62,974 bases of DNA, filler included, from Octopus bimaculoides (GCF_001194135.2; 6 parts of 6 records of this genome joined end to end with filler, not necessarily neighbours in it); one strand, 5' to 3'. Shown: positions 47,880 to 60,605, counted from the first letter of the whole stretch. Program-made: numbers and translations. The notes: generated by a model not told the origin, from the letters alone.

Positions 47880-47893
47880 GTAACCTTGGCAAC
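47880..47893. promoter_or_regulatory. RFX X-box-like motif GTAACCTTGGCAAC directly after E-box CACGTG (47874-47879)
   Basis: Matches the consensus GTNRCC-N2-RGYAAC exactly; function untested. Confidence 0.35.
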
Positions 47894-48754
47894 GGATTAA
47901 CTTTCTAGTTTAATCTCGTTTCCTTTCGTTCTTTCCTATTTATTTCACGTGCAGTTTTTTAGTTGCTAGTAATTCATTGGTTGAGCTATACAAGGATTAT
48001 ATAGAGAGAGAGAGCTGGGGTGGGGGGAAAAGGTGGGGACAGGTAGTTAGATTCTATATTATGTAATTCATTACTTGTTGGTCAGTGCGTGTCGAGGTTT
48101 ATCAGCGCATCAAAATGCAAAGACACATTTGGTACTCAACCACACTTTAATTAACAGGCGTGAGAGGCTAGCCAAGACGGAGGATATTCTGCGTTCGTGG
48201 CGGGGGGGGACAGCTACCCACCATCTCACCCCTTCTTGCTACACGTCTGCTAGTGATTTAACGGACCGCGTAGAGAGTATCTGATACTATGAAGAATGGA
48301 TATATTTATTAATATATATATAGCAGTCAAAGATCCTTCCTTATGTATGACTTTCAGTTTTATGCTGGCGAAAGAAATCACTGGAGAATTTTTTATTTAA
48401 ATAATTGTTAATGCACCGCATTCGGTATCGATGACGACGCGTTGTAAACATCCGGTTACAGTGAACGCTAGCTAATACAATTCTTCGCCGCAATGTCTGT
48501 TGTCAACTTTGAAATTACGATAAGGTTTAACATAGAAATTTTATATACACTCTCTGATACGTATTAAAAGTTCTACAATTTGATTTAATTTTACATACCA
48601 CTACTTACAAATATAATACCATATATACATATATAAAATATAGGAATTAGTGATACAGTGAAGATGAGTTATGTTTCCTTTAGATCCGCTCTTTTATACA
48701 CGTGTTCTCCACGGTGGTGTGAAGTTAAAATGTGTATGTGTATTCCTATCGTTT

Positions 48755-49135
48755 ATCTTTTGTTTGTTTCAGTCATAAGACTGCGGCCATGCTGGGGCAC
48801 CGTCTTGAAGAATACTGTTAGTCGAATGCATCGACCCCAGTGCTTATTTTTTTAAAACCTGGTACTTATTCTATCGTTTTCTTTAGCTGAACGGCGAAGT
48901 TATGGGGACGTAAACACACCATCACCGGTTGTCAAGCGGTAGTCAGGGGACAAAGACACGCACAGATACATACATACGACGAGTTTCTTTCAGTTTCCGT
49001 CTACCAGATCCACTCAAAGCTTTGGTCGGCCTGGGGCTATAGTAGAAGACACTTCCCCCAGCATACCATGCAGTGCGACTGAACCAAGAATCATATGACT
49101 AGGAAGCAAGATTCTTATCACACAGTCACGACTGC
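48755..49135 (-). mobile_element. SINE family A copy
   Basis: GTTTCAGTCA...GCGGCCATGCTGG.GCACCG...GGTTGTCAAGCG...TCTTTCAGTTTCCGTCTACC...GAACC.AGAATCAT. Confidence 0.85.
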
Positions 49136-49156
49136 ACTTGTAGACTAGAGTTAGGA

Positions 49157-49993
49157 ATTTTCTCGTGCACAAAAAAAAAAAGAAAGAAAATTACTTTGGA
49201 AATTTTTGCACCAGTAGGTCATGTCAGTTTCCAGCTGTTACGCCCTTGGTGAAGATGTGTAATGTATGCTTATCAGATTTTCATTTTCACCAAATGCAGC
49301 AACCGGACATTTTGCATCAAATTTTGTTAAAATCTTGGTGATACTCATGCTCAAACCATACACAAGATTCGGCAGACCTTTGGTAATGACGCCATGAGCA
49401 AAACTCAGATCAAGGAATGGCACAACCACTTCAAACATTGCCACACCTAAGTGAAGAGCAAGGCACATTCAGGCAGGCCATCCACAATCCAAAATGAGGG
49501 GCTGATGGAGATGGTTTGGCAAATACCTATGGAAGACCATCATGTAACAATCCAAGAAATTGCTCACAAAGTAGGGATAAGCAAAGGATCAGTACGTTTC
49601 ATTTTAATGGAGGATTTATGAATGCAGAGAGTGTTGGTAAAATTTGTCCCAAAGGTGCTGGTGGAGCAACAGAAGCAACTCTGTATGGAAATAACTCAGG
49701 ATATGCTGGATTGTGCAAAACCATGACCCAGACTTCATGAAGACCATCATCGCTGGTGATGAGACATAGGTTTATCATCTCTGCTCAGTGTGTGTGAAAA
49801 TGAAAATCTGACAAGCACACACTACACATCTGTATTCTAAACAGCCAAGAACTTACATGGCCTACTGGCACTAAAATTTTCATGCAAGCACAAGATGAAT
49901 GATGTCACTTCCAACCCAAAATATTTTGCCCATGTGGCATTAGTTTTAGCAAGAGAAAAAATAAAATCGGATACATTTTGAATGCACCTCATA
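49157..49993 (+). mobile_element. Defective mariner element: 5' half of transposase plus an inverted second 5' end
   Basis: Plus strand encodes FCIKFC..., SGRPST, KFVPK and IIAGDET with stops. 49776-49991 is the reverse complement of the element's 5' leader and ends in a TIR-like CGGATACATTTTGAATGCACCTCA followed by TA. Confidence 0.85.
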
Positions 49994-50399
49994 CATATTG
50001 GATTGTAACCTTTGATAGAGAGAACGATGGTCACGCTGGAGCATCTTTGATCATAAGTCTACTAAATGAAGATAGATTAGCTTCATCAACAGCAACAGCA
50101 CCGTCGCTACTGTAACAAATAGAGCATATGGTAATATTTTACTATTTTACTTATATAATTTCAGAATTGTATTTGCCTAGCAAACATACAAAAAACTGTT
50201 AACTTCATTTAAACGTTTATTATTTGGTGTCAAAATTTTCATTTCATCACTCTTGTGGAAATTTCGTCAATGACCAACGTCGCAGTTGGTGCAACAAAAT
50301 TCTTGACACAAAATAGTATAAATGTTTAAGTGAAGTTGACAACTGTTGTGTATTTTTGAATGGATTTTCAATACTGAAAGTGGTTTATATAATTGTTTC

Positions 50400-50570
50400 T
50401 CATCTAGGTACAAGGCCATCAATTTTGAGGGAGGAGGATAATCAATTACATTGATACCAGAAAGATGAAAGACAAAGTTGATACTTCGCAGAATTTGAAC
50501 TCAAAATGCAATGAGTCAGAAGAAATGTCACAAAGAATTTTGTTCAACTTCCTATTGATTCTGCCAGTTC
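50400..50570 (-). mobile_element. Degenerate SINE family B copy
   Basis: GATGAAAGACAAAGTTGA...GAATTTGAACTCAAAA...GATTCTGCCAGTTC. Confidence 0.6.
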
Positions 50571-51189
50571 AGTTAATTTTATTAAACTGAGTGTTGGTGG
50601 GTATTTTTCAGACTTTCACATTAGTCCTTTAGCATTCAGGATTATTCTGTTAAATTATTCACGTTGTTTTCAATTAATCATGTATTATTTCATAGCTTTG
50701 AGATTTCAATGGTTTGGTCATATATTTTTAGAATGACATTGTAGGAAAGCTGTGAGAAGCAGGATCTAGCCAGTTTGAATATAAAACTGGTAGAATATGT
50801 GGGCCAGACACAGCTTTTCATATATTAATGGGTTAAATGTGTACAACATTAAAAAAATATAGATTAACAATAAACAAATTACAGAAAATTACTCTGGATT
50901 GAGATGATGATTGTTCTGGTGAAAGAGGCCAACAATTTTTCTGATGGAAAGTTGAACATCAATGAAGATATAAACTAACTATACTTATTCAAGGAGGGTA
51001 GCTGTGGTCTTTAGAATTTATTTATGTCATATGAAACATGCATTGTGACACTGAAGCAGCCGGGGGGAAATACAGGAGGAAGAAAACATGTATGGAAAAT
51101 TGATAAGGAGTTTACAAATCTAGTACCCAAGATACTCTTCCTGTTTTATACCTATTGTTAGTGAAACAATAGGATATATACCAACCTAC

Positions 51190-51395
51190 ACTGGCAGAAT
51201 TGTTAGCCTGCTGGACAAAATGCTTTGCAGTATTTCACCCGTCGTTTAGTTCTGAGTTCAAAATCTGCCAAGATCAACTTTGCCTTTCATCCTTTCAGGG
51301 TCGATGAATTTAGTACCAGTTGCATACTGGGGTCGATCTAATCGACAGGCGCTCCTTCCCCCACAATTTCAAGCCTTGTGCCTATAGTAGAAAGG
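51190..51395 (+). mobile_element. SINE family B copy
   Basis: CTGGCAGAATTGTTAGC...TTCTGAGTTCAAAATCTGCC...GTACCAGTTGCATACTGGGGTCGAT...CCTATAGTAGAAAGG. Confidence 0.8.
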
Positions 51396-52644
51396 ATATA
51401 TATACCAACCTGCCTGGAGAAAAGCATGACTGAATTTTGGTTCTTGGAGAAGGAATGTGACTCTTTAATTCATATTCTACAAATGATCGAGATTATCTGA
51501 GATGACAAAAATCTGCAAGATTTTAAAAAATAGTAAACTTCCTTAAGGTGTAAAAGATGGTGAGCAAAACAAAGAGTATTTCATTTACGACCTTGCTACT
51601 AGGTAGGTGTCCAATTAGAATTAAGTGTAAATTAAGAAGAGAAAAGAAAATATACATGCAAACATACACACAGATATGCATGCATATACCTACATACATA
51701 TGTAGGTACATACATATAAACATACATACAGACATACGTACATACATATATATATATGTACACATGCATACACGCACACATACATTCGTACGTGCGTACG
51801 TACATACATACATGTATGCATGCATGCACGAATGCACACACATACATACATATATAGTTCTTATTGGAACAGAAAATTATTTTATGTCCCAATATCGTAA
51901 TTTCTTCGGATGTGCATTTAAGATTTGGCTTTCCTTCATTTGTCATAATTGTTTAGTTTTATCTCAGCTCATCCAGCTGAATCGTTCACATTCTATTCTC
52001 ATCAAAGTTTCTGTTCCCATTTTTAGACAAACACCATACAAAGAAAAAGAGGAATAAACATTTTATTACGACAGACAGAGGGAGAGAGTGTGTGTGTGTG
52101 TGTGCAGACGCTTGCAAAGACACCTGAGAACTGACAGAGCTTCAGAAAAAAGTATGATACAAGGGAGAACACTCTTATAATACTTTAAGGTAAATATCAA
52201 AGAGACGAAAATTATACACAATCGCTAATACATAAAGTACTCCGAAGAATACGCATTAAATGGTATTCTCGAGATTTTTTTTTTTTTTCAACAAATATTC
52301 ATAAAATTACGAATAATTTAGGGCTGTGACAGAAGAGAAGTAAATAACTTAAACGATATAAACAAAATATGGCAAATCTGGAAATGTTATTACATATATA
52401 CTCTTCCTTTATTTTAGCCTTTGTGTGCATGTAAAGAAATTGTAATTTAACTGGTTTGTTTGGTCATTGGGGGAAAATGTCATTTGGTATTTCTTATGGT
52501 TCTGAGCTCAAATCCTGCGGAAGACAACTTCGCTTTTCATTCTTCAGGGATCGATAAAATGAAATATTTGTCTAGTAATGGACAGGATTTACATGACTAA
52601 TCCCTGCCCTCCCTACATGTGCGTGTGGGGAGAGCAGTCTAATG

Positions 52645-52890
52645 ATTGTTTCAATCATTAGACTAAGACCATCCTGAGGCACCGCTTTGAAGAACTTTTA
52701 GTTGAATGAAACGACCTCAGGACATTTTTTTTTAAAGCCTGGTACTTAATCCATCGGTTTCTTTTGCCGAACAGTTAAGTTGTGGGTACGTACACATACC
52801 GACACCGTTTGTCAAACGGTGGGAGGACAAATACACACACACACACACGTGTGTGTATATACGACAGGCTTCTTTCAGTTTCCACCTACA
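52645..52890 (-). mobile_element. Partial SINE family A copy
   Basis: TTTCAATCATT.GACT...GCACCGC...CCTGGTACTT...GTTTGTCAAACG...TCTTTCAGTTTCC. Confidence 0.7.
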
Positions 52891-52959
52891 AAACCATCAT
52901 GTGATCTAGCTGGCTGCATGTATAAACTCATGAATTTTTAACTTCTAACATATTCATTA

Positions 52960-53580
52960 CTAGACGTGATTTACTGCATTGACTGTTTACAAAAGAAAGA
53001 TGCTGGTAATATAACTGGTGACTGAGAAGAAAAAACTACTGAGTCTTGTAAAAGTTTAATATCGTGTTTGATTGTCCAAAGTTGTTTGTTGCTCAAGATG
53101 ATCTGTCCGAATGTCCAAGGTGCTCTTTTCTTAGTGGTTCGCCTTCTGTGAGTGCCCAAGGTAGTCTATGCAAGTGCTTGAGGCTGTCTGGTCTTAGAGG
53201 TCTGCCAAGGCCATCTGGCTGAGTTAGGCACCAAATGGTCTTTAAAGGATGAAAAGAGAACAAATTCTAGATCACCCAAAGAAACAGATCATGCCACAGC
53301 TTCACGCTGATTGGTTGATTTATAGATCAATCACATGAAACCGTGATGGCTTATTTGTGATCCTTAACAGAACATCTTATATTTGGGGTTTGAATCCCTA
53401 TATATCACACCAACCACAAACCAAATGTATCTGTTCACCTCCAACAATAGAGAGCAGTTACCATGTTCCATTCTGTAACAGCCATTTCTGAAGAGTGCAA
53501 GGTTACATAATCAGACTGATATCTAACACCCTGTTGAACCCCCAGTGCAAAACCAATTGGTAACATCAACCATAATGGAT
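52960..53580 (-). mobile_element. Possible decayed Penelope GIY-YIG endonuclease fragment
   Basis: Minus strand reads HLVCGWCD then (frameshift) YIGIQTPNIRCSVKDHK*AI, resembling C-x2-C...YIG.T...R..EHK.AI; heavily disrupted. Confidence 0.3.
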
Positions 53581-53639
53581 ATATAATACTGTACACTTCG
53601 ATTAATATCTATCTATATATATATATATATATATACATA

Positions 53640-53919
53640 TCAGTGCCCCTGGACTGGCTCTTGTGCCGGTGGCACACAAAATACACCATTTTGAGCGTGG
53701 CCATTGCCAGTACCGCCTGACTGGCTTTCGTGCGAGTGACACGTAAAAGCACCCACTACACTCTCTGAGTGGTTGGCGTTAGGAAGGGCATCCAGCTGTA
53801 GAAACTCTGCCAAATTAGATTGGAGCCTGGTGTAGCCATCCGTTTGCACCAGTCCTCAGTCAAATCGTCCAACCCATGCTAGCATGGAAAGCGGACGTTA
53901 AACGATGATGATGATGATA
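53640..53919 (+). mobile_element. 5'-truncated RTE LINE 3' tail with (GAT)n end
   Basis: GAGTGGTTGGCGTTAGGAAGGGCATCCAGCTGTAGAAAC...GGAAAGCGGACGTTAAACGATGATGATGATGA is the reverse complement of the tails at ~34700 and ~42975. Confidence 0.88.
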
Positions 53920-54544
53920 TAGTAANNNNNNNNNNNNNNNNNNNNNNNNNNNNNNNNNNNNNNNNNNNNTTAATTAATTAANNNNNNNNNNNNNNNNNNN
54001 NNNNNNNNNNNNNNNNNNNNNNNNNATATATATATATATATATATATAATGTATATATATACAGGTAGGTTATATAAATGTATATACACACTTATATGCA
54101 TATGTATGTGTGTCAGATGAATAAAATAAACAAAGTGCTAGGAAACTGACGTGTTGACTTAAAAAGGTATTAGTGACTACTTTCTATGTAGTCTCTTTTC
54201 CCGCCGTTCCCACTCTTTTTTTTTTCTCTCTCTGCCCAAATCTCCTTCTGTGTCTCTTTCTTCCAGCCCTCTTCTTCTCAATCTTTCCCCTGCTATCACT
54301 ATTATTAATCTCACTCTACCTGTCAACTCCATATCAGTTTCTGCTTATTTTATATCTTTACTTTCCTTCTTTTTTTTCCACTTCCAACCGGTTTTTAATA
54401 CCATTCGTGCTTCTTCGCCGATAACGTCGCCAACACTCTGTCACATACCCAACATCGACTTTACAATCCGAATAAGATGTCTACTCTCAGTCGCTTCAAG
54501 CGCGACGGCGAAGGCCACCATCATTTTATGACCATTAATGCTAT

Positions 54545-55331
54545 TTCTTCTTCTTTTTCTTCTTCTTCTTCTTCTTCTTCTTCTTCTTCTTCTTCTTCTT
54601 CTTCTTCTTCTCCTTCCTCTTCTTCTTCTTCTTTTTCTTCTTCTTCTCTTCTTCTTCTTCTCTTCTTCTTCTTCTTCTTCTTCTTCCTTTTCCTCCTCTT
54701 CTTCTTCTCCTTCTTCCTCCTCCTCCACTTCTTCTTCCTCATCTTCTCCTCTCCTTCCTCCTCCCCATCTTCTTCTCCTTCCTCCTCCCCATCTACTTCT
54801 TCTTCTTCTCTTTCCTCCTCCCCATCTACTTCTTCTCCTCTTCCTCCTCCTCTTCTTCTCTCTCTCCTTCTTCTTCTTCATCTTCTTCTTCTTCTCCTCC
54901 TCCTTCTTCATCTTCCTCTTCTTCTGCTGATGCTGCTGCTCCTAATATTACTGCTACTACGACTACTTTCTTTGGGTTGGTACTTCGTGAACCCCATGGG
55001 CTCAAATTCATCCTATTATACCTCGTTTTGTATTCCTGTTTCAACCGCATCGTCTCATTTACTTTCTACCTTCCAAATTCAGTTTATCAACTTTACAAAT
55101 CGTTCTCCCCTTCCTTAGTACTTAATTCCCTGCCCTATCCCTCCCTCACCCTCCCTCTTCTTCTTTCTTTCTCCTCTGTCCCTCTTCTCCTTTTCTTTTT
55201 TTCATTCTCTCGTGCTCTCTAACACCTCCGACCACCAACCCTCCTTCTCTTTCCTTTTCGTTTCTCTGTCTTATGTTCCTGTTTATATCTCTCTTTCTCT
55301 TTCTCTCCCCCTTCCAAACCTCTCCTCCCTC

Positions 55332-55364
<33 letters not shown>

Positions 55365-55430
55365 TTCTCTTTCTCTCCCCCTTCCAAACCTCTCCTCCCT
55401 CGCTTTCCATTCCAGCCCTGTGCCTTTACT
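54545..55430. repeat. Long homopyrimidine/homopurine low-complexity tract: (TCT)n/(TCC)n then (TC)n-rich
   Basis: Directly visible; source of the poly-E/K/R/S/L ORFs in the track. Confidence 0.95.
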
Positions 55431-55634
55431 CTTTTACTCTTTTACTTGTTTCAGTCATTTGACTGCGGCCATGCTGGAGCACCGCCTTTAGTCGAGCAAA
55501 TCGAACCCATGACTTATTCTTTGTAAGCCTAGTACTTATTCTAGCGGTCTCTTATGCCGAACCGCTAAGTTACGGGGACGTAAACACACCAGCATCGGTT
55601 GTCAAGCGATGTTGGGGGGACAAACACAGATACA

Positions 55635-55733
<99 letters not shown>

Positions 55734-55900
55734 GTATATATATATGCATACATATATACGACGGGCTTCTTTCAGTTTCCGTCTACCAAATCCACTTACA
55801 AGGCGTTAGTCGGCCCGAGATCATAGTAGAAGATGCTTGCCCAAGGTGCCACGCAGTGGGACTGAACCCGAAACCATGTAGTTCGTAAGCAACTCCTACG
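55430..55900 (-). mobile_element. SINE family A copy with expanded internal (CA)n
   Basis: Reverse complement of the family A tail (55430-55625), about 110 bp of (CA)n, then body and head to ~55900. Confidence 0.88.
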
Positions 55901-56198
55901 CCTCTCACATTTTTTAAACTTTTCTTTTCTATTGCCTTCACCCATTTCCCCGCTTCCTCTTCCTTCTCTTCCTATGTCCTAACTTATAATATACTAACTC
56001 AATTCACAGTACTTCTTCACTGACGAAGCTTAACGAATGCACACATTTCCGAAACACCGTAGCCATGCTGTAGAACTCCGAGTGATTTCAATTATACAAT
56101 ATTCTGCTTTTAAGCTACACAAATGGTCCACAAACAAAAAAGAACTTAGCTCTTTATCATATGTGGAGTACTGCATCCTCCATGATGGACCCCATCTC

Positions 56199-56251
<53 letters not shown>

Positions 56252-56546
56252 ATATATATGTGTGTGCGCGCGCACACACATACACACAAACATGCATATA
56301 TATTTGCACGTATACATATATGTATAATATATATTACGTAAATATGTATGTATAAATATACATGTGTATATACATATATATATATATTAATACATGTGTG
56401 TGTGTGTGTGTGTGCGTGTGTGAGTACACGTATATAGATACATATAGATACATGTGTATACATACATATGCATTCATGCATATATGTATATACATATATT
56501 TAGATATACATACGTGCATGCATATGTGTGTGCTTGTGTGTGTGTG

Positions 56547-56577
<31 letters not shown>

Positions 56578-56592
56578 TTGTATGTGTGTGTG

Positions 56593-56623
<31 letters not shown>

Positions 56624-57072
56624 ATGGGGTGGTACATATATGTGTGTCATCGTAATCGAAAGCATCTTTCAACAGATGATGTATCCCAGTCGTAGGCAAG
56701 CGCAGCCTGCAGGACGCCTGCAGAACGCATGCGTGTAGCATTCTGAATGAAACACTAATTAAAAAAAAATTGCCTTGAATACTTTTACTAGAGCGCTCTG
56801 TCTCATGTGGCCCACATCTCGAAAAAGTTGCCCATGTTTGATGTATCCAAATTCTCTAGAGAGCCTACATCAATGCCAACTGTGACAGGCAGCATTTCTC
56901 CCTTGAGTATTGTCATGATAACAGAAATAGTTACTGTCGATAATCTATCCATCGTCTTATACTCTGGACGCCTCGAACATGACATACTAAAGTATAGACT
57001 ATTCTGGTATTTAATTCTTTTATTCCTTTAAAGGTTTCATTCATTGGACCGAGGTCGTACTGGGCAACTGCT

Positions 57073-57378
57073 GTTGTTTGTTTGTTCCTTCTCGAGCCAT
57101 ATCTGGCTCATATGGGCCGGTTTATCGGCTTCACTGGCGAAAGGTTCACCACCTGGACAGGACGCCAGTATATCGCAGGTGAGCTGCTAGATGCAGGAAG
57201 AAAGAGTGGCAGAAGGTTGTGGTGAGAGAGTCAGCAGAAGTTCGCTATTACCTACTGTCGGAGCCGCGTGGAGCTTGGGTGTTTCGCTCATAAACACTCA
57301 CATCGCACGGTCTGAGATTCGAACCCGCGATTCCACGACCTTGAGCCCGCTGCTCTAACCACTAGACCATATGCCTCC
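57073..57378 (-). mobile_element. tRNA-headed SINE family C copy, (AAAC)n tail
   Basis: Reverse complement begins GGAGGCATATGGTCTAGTGGTTAG...GGTTCGAATCTCAGACC...GTGAGTGTTTATGAGCGAAACACCCAAGCTCCAC, matching 10751 onward. Confidence 0.8.
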
Positions 57379-57931
57379 ACTACTGGACAATAAATGAGTC
57401 GCAATTATCTTAGCATTTATTTCAGTCTGTACTTACTTTATTCATTTATATTTTATTGAATGGTTAAGTTATCTTTTATTATCGATAGTGCTATGTCAAA
57501 AATATAACACATTGTTCTTTTCCGTATTTGTCGCTGTTGTTGTTCTTGCTGTTTATATATATATATATATATATATATNNNNNNNNNNNNNNNNNNNNNN
57601 NNNNNNNNNNNNNNNNNNNNNNNNNNNNNNNNNNNNNNNNNNNNNNNNNNNNNNNNNNNNNNNNNNNNNNNNNNNNNNNNNNNNNNNNNNNNNNNNNNNN
57701 NNNNNNNNNNNNNNNNNNNNNNNNNNNNNNNNNNNNNNNNNNNNNNNTTTTGTGAGATATATAATTTTTATCTTACTAAAATTGACTTGAAACCATGGTA
57801 CAGAATATAGATCGGTAATTGTTTTTATTTTTCATTCCCTTTCGAAATTATCCCTACTTTTTGTGGTATGTAGTCTTGCTGCTATTTCTAGCGGGTTAGA
57901 TGTCCTATTACAGGCATCTCTGTATTTTAAA

Positions 57932-57969
<38 letters not shown>

Positions 57970-58182
57970 GCATCGGATCCTCCCTGATTAAGTAGACCCA
58001 CGATCAAAGACGTCCTGTCCATGTCCACTCATCCTTACTTTCCCTTACCAACTAAAAAGATCAGTCAACCTACGATCTCAAATCAGACCCTATCATTTTC
58101 AAATAAGGGGAAAAAAAATTGTATACGTGTCCAGAAAAATGTAGTCCTCGATATACTAATCCTGAAACAAATTTGACAAAAC

Positions 58183-58620
58183 GCAGGTGTGGTTGTGTGG
58201 TAAGTAGCTTGCTTACCAACCACATGGTTCTGGGTTCAGTCCCACTGCGTGGCAGCTTCGGCAATTGTCTTCTACTATAGCCTCGGGCCGACCAAAGCCT
58301 TGTGAGTGGATTTGGTAGACGGAAACTGAAAGAAGCTCATCGTAAATATATATATGTGTATGTGTGTGTGTAGATATGTATACGTGTGTGTGTATATATG
58401 TATATGTGTGTGTGTCTGTTCATGAGTCTGTGTTTCCCCCCACCCCACCATCGCTTGACAACCGATGCTGGTGTGTTTACATCCCCGTAAACTAGAGGTT
58501 CGGCATAGAGGCCGATAGAATAAGTACTAGGCTTACAAGAATAAGTTCTGGGGTCGATTTGTTCGACTAAAGGCGGTGCTCCAGCATGGCCACAGTCAAA
58601 TGACTGAAACATATAAAAGA
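58183..58620 (+). mobile_element. Full-length SINE family A copy
   Basis: CGCAGGTGTGGTTGTGTGGTAAGTAGC...GACTGAAACATATAAAAG. Confidence 0.88.
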
Positions 58621-59218
58621 AAGAATAAAAACAATAAAATGGAAAAAGCCGGTTCGGTTACGGTTTGAAACTTTTCGTATAAATAACTTCACTTAGGTTT
58701 GAACTGAGGTTAAAGACATAAACAACAACAACAACTGCAGTTTGTCAGGGCTGTGGGGATTGGGTGGGCTTACAATAAAGCTTCGTTGCCTGAAAGAAAA
58801 ATGCCCTTGCAATAGATAGCTGCGTCCTTTGTCATGCTGAGTTCAAAACCTGCTCGAGTACACTCAGCCTATCGTCCTTCCGAGCTCGATAATTGTGCTG
58901 ACTCTGATTTAGTCAACGATAACCCTCACATTGAATGCGAGATAACAACACAGAAACAGTCGTGGAAATGTAATAGTAGCAGCGTCGATCATATTCCGGC
59001 CACAAGTACACATAACACACGCGCACGCATACATTTATATCTAGGTGCGTATATGTGTGTGATTGTGTGAGTGTGTTTATATATGGATTTGTATGTGCGT
59101 GCGTGCGTGTGAGTGAGTATGTGTATGTGGGAGTGGGTGTGTGCTAGTGTACGTATTAGCATATATGTGGAAATATGTATACATAGGTAAGTAGTTGGAT
59201 GAATTGGCAGGTACGTAC

Positions 59219-59219
59219 G

Positions 59220-59282
<63 letters not shown>

Positions 59283-59396
59283 TCAGAGAGACAGTCAGGG
59301 ATAGATCGATAGATAGAAAGGCAGGTAGGTAGAGAGACAGACGGGGGGGGATAAATAGATAGGTAGGTAGACAGACAGACAGACAGATAGACAGAC

Positions 59397-59454
<58 letters not shown>

Positions 59455-59475
59455 TTAGGTAGATAGATAGATAGA
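59219..59475. repeat. (TAGA)n/(CAGA)n tetranucleotide microsatellite
   Basis: Directly visible. Confidence 0.95.
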
Positions 59476-59775
59476 TGAAAAGCTAAATTTGGCAGTGGTT
59501 AAGACTTTCACTTTACAAATGCGTAGCCCAGGTTCGATCCCTCTGCACAGTCTCTTTGGCGAAAATCATCTATTATACCGTCAACATGCGAATGGAATTT
59601 GGTAGATAGAAAGTGTGCAACCGCTCCTCGTATGCATACATAAACACATAAGGGATATTTGGGCTAATTTTGACTCTTTGCATGAAGGGAAAATAAAACA
59701 CAATCTCCCATTCAAAAATAAAAGCATAATAAAACATAATATGAAAAAATTTCAATATGGCTAGGAGATAACAAT

Positions 59776-60330
59776 TTACTCAAAGTAACCAGCTCCAGCT
59801 TCGTTGCACCACAGCCTCAAGACAGCTCCGGAACCCATTTTGTATGCGTTCGTCGCTGTATCCCTGAGAATATATTTGGACACCTCCTTGACCTTGGCCG
59901 TCGGCTCGGCATTGGTGTTGCAAGCAGAGCTGTCGGTATGTTTCTCAACAGCGCTCCACACATTGAAATCCATGACATTGCAATCGAGGGTGATTAGGAG
60001 GTCAGAAATTAAGATTGTTGATGCCGTAGAAATACTCCGACAACTACTTCTGACTCTTTCCAGAGGTATAGCAAGAAGTCGTATCCTACTATCACAGCTA
60101 TGGCCTTCCAACAGCAACCCTCTCCAGCCAGGGATTGACCAAATTCTCAAGCAGCTTCACGTAGCCTTCAGAATTGAGCCTAAGACCCTGTTCAAAGATG
60201 ACGGCGTGACGTCACCTTTGCATGAGACACACCGAAAGACCATCACAGTTCCTTCCAATTCCTCCATGTCAGCTAACTTTTTCTCAAATACAGATTTAAT
60301 CCTTATGCCCTGCAAAGCCGTTCGTTGTCC
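59776..60330 (-). mobile_element. DD37D (maT-type) Tc1/mariner transposase C-terminal relic
   Basis: Minus strand VMVF.CVS..GDV, then D-TTSCYTSGKSQK...PPN..DCNVM-D. After repairing one frameshift I count 37 residues between the second and third D; ends AGYFE*. Confidence 0.85.
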
Positions 60331-60404
60331 ACCAATTTATCAAGCTGTTCCTGAAAAAGAAGACAAAAAACTTAATCAAGTTTAGCCGGCAAACTCTTTA
60401 GATA

Positions 60405-60563
60405 TATAACTGTGTAGTAAGAAGCTTGCTTCACAACCACATGGTTCTGGTTTCAGTCCAACTACATGGCACATTCAGCAAGTGTCTTCTACTATAGCCA
60501 CGAGGCGATCAAAATCTTGTGAGAGGATTTAGTAGACGGTAAGTGAAAGAAACTTGTGTGTGC

Positions 60564-60605
<42 letters not shown>

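Noticed and set aside
54441-55118. Poly-Glu/Lys/Arg/Ser/Leu ORFs up to 213 aa
   Set aside because: Translations of the (TCT)n/(TCC)n tract in several overlapping frames; no splice or domain support.
59804-60385. 193-aa plus-strand ORF
   Set aside because: Antisense shadow of the DD37D transposase relic.
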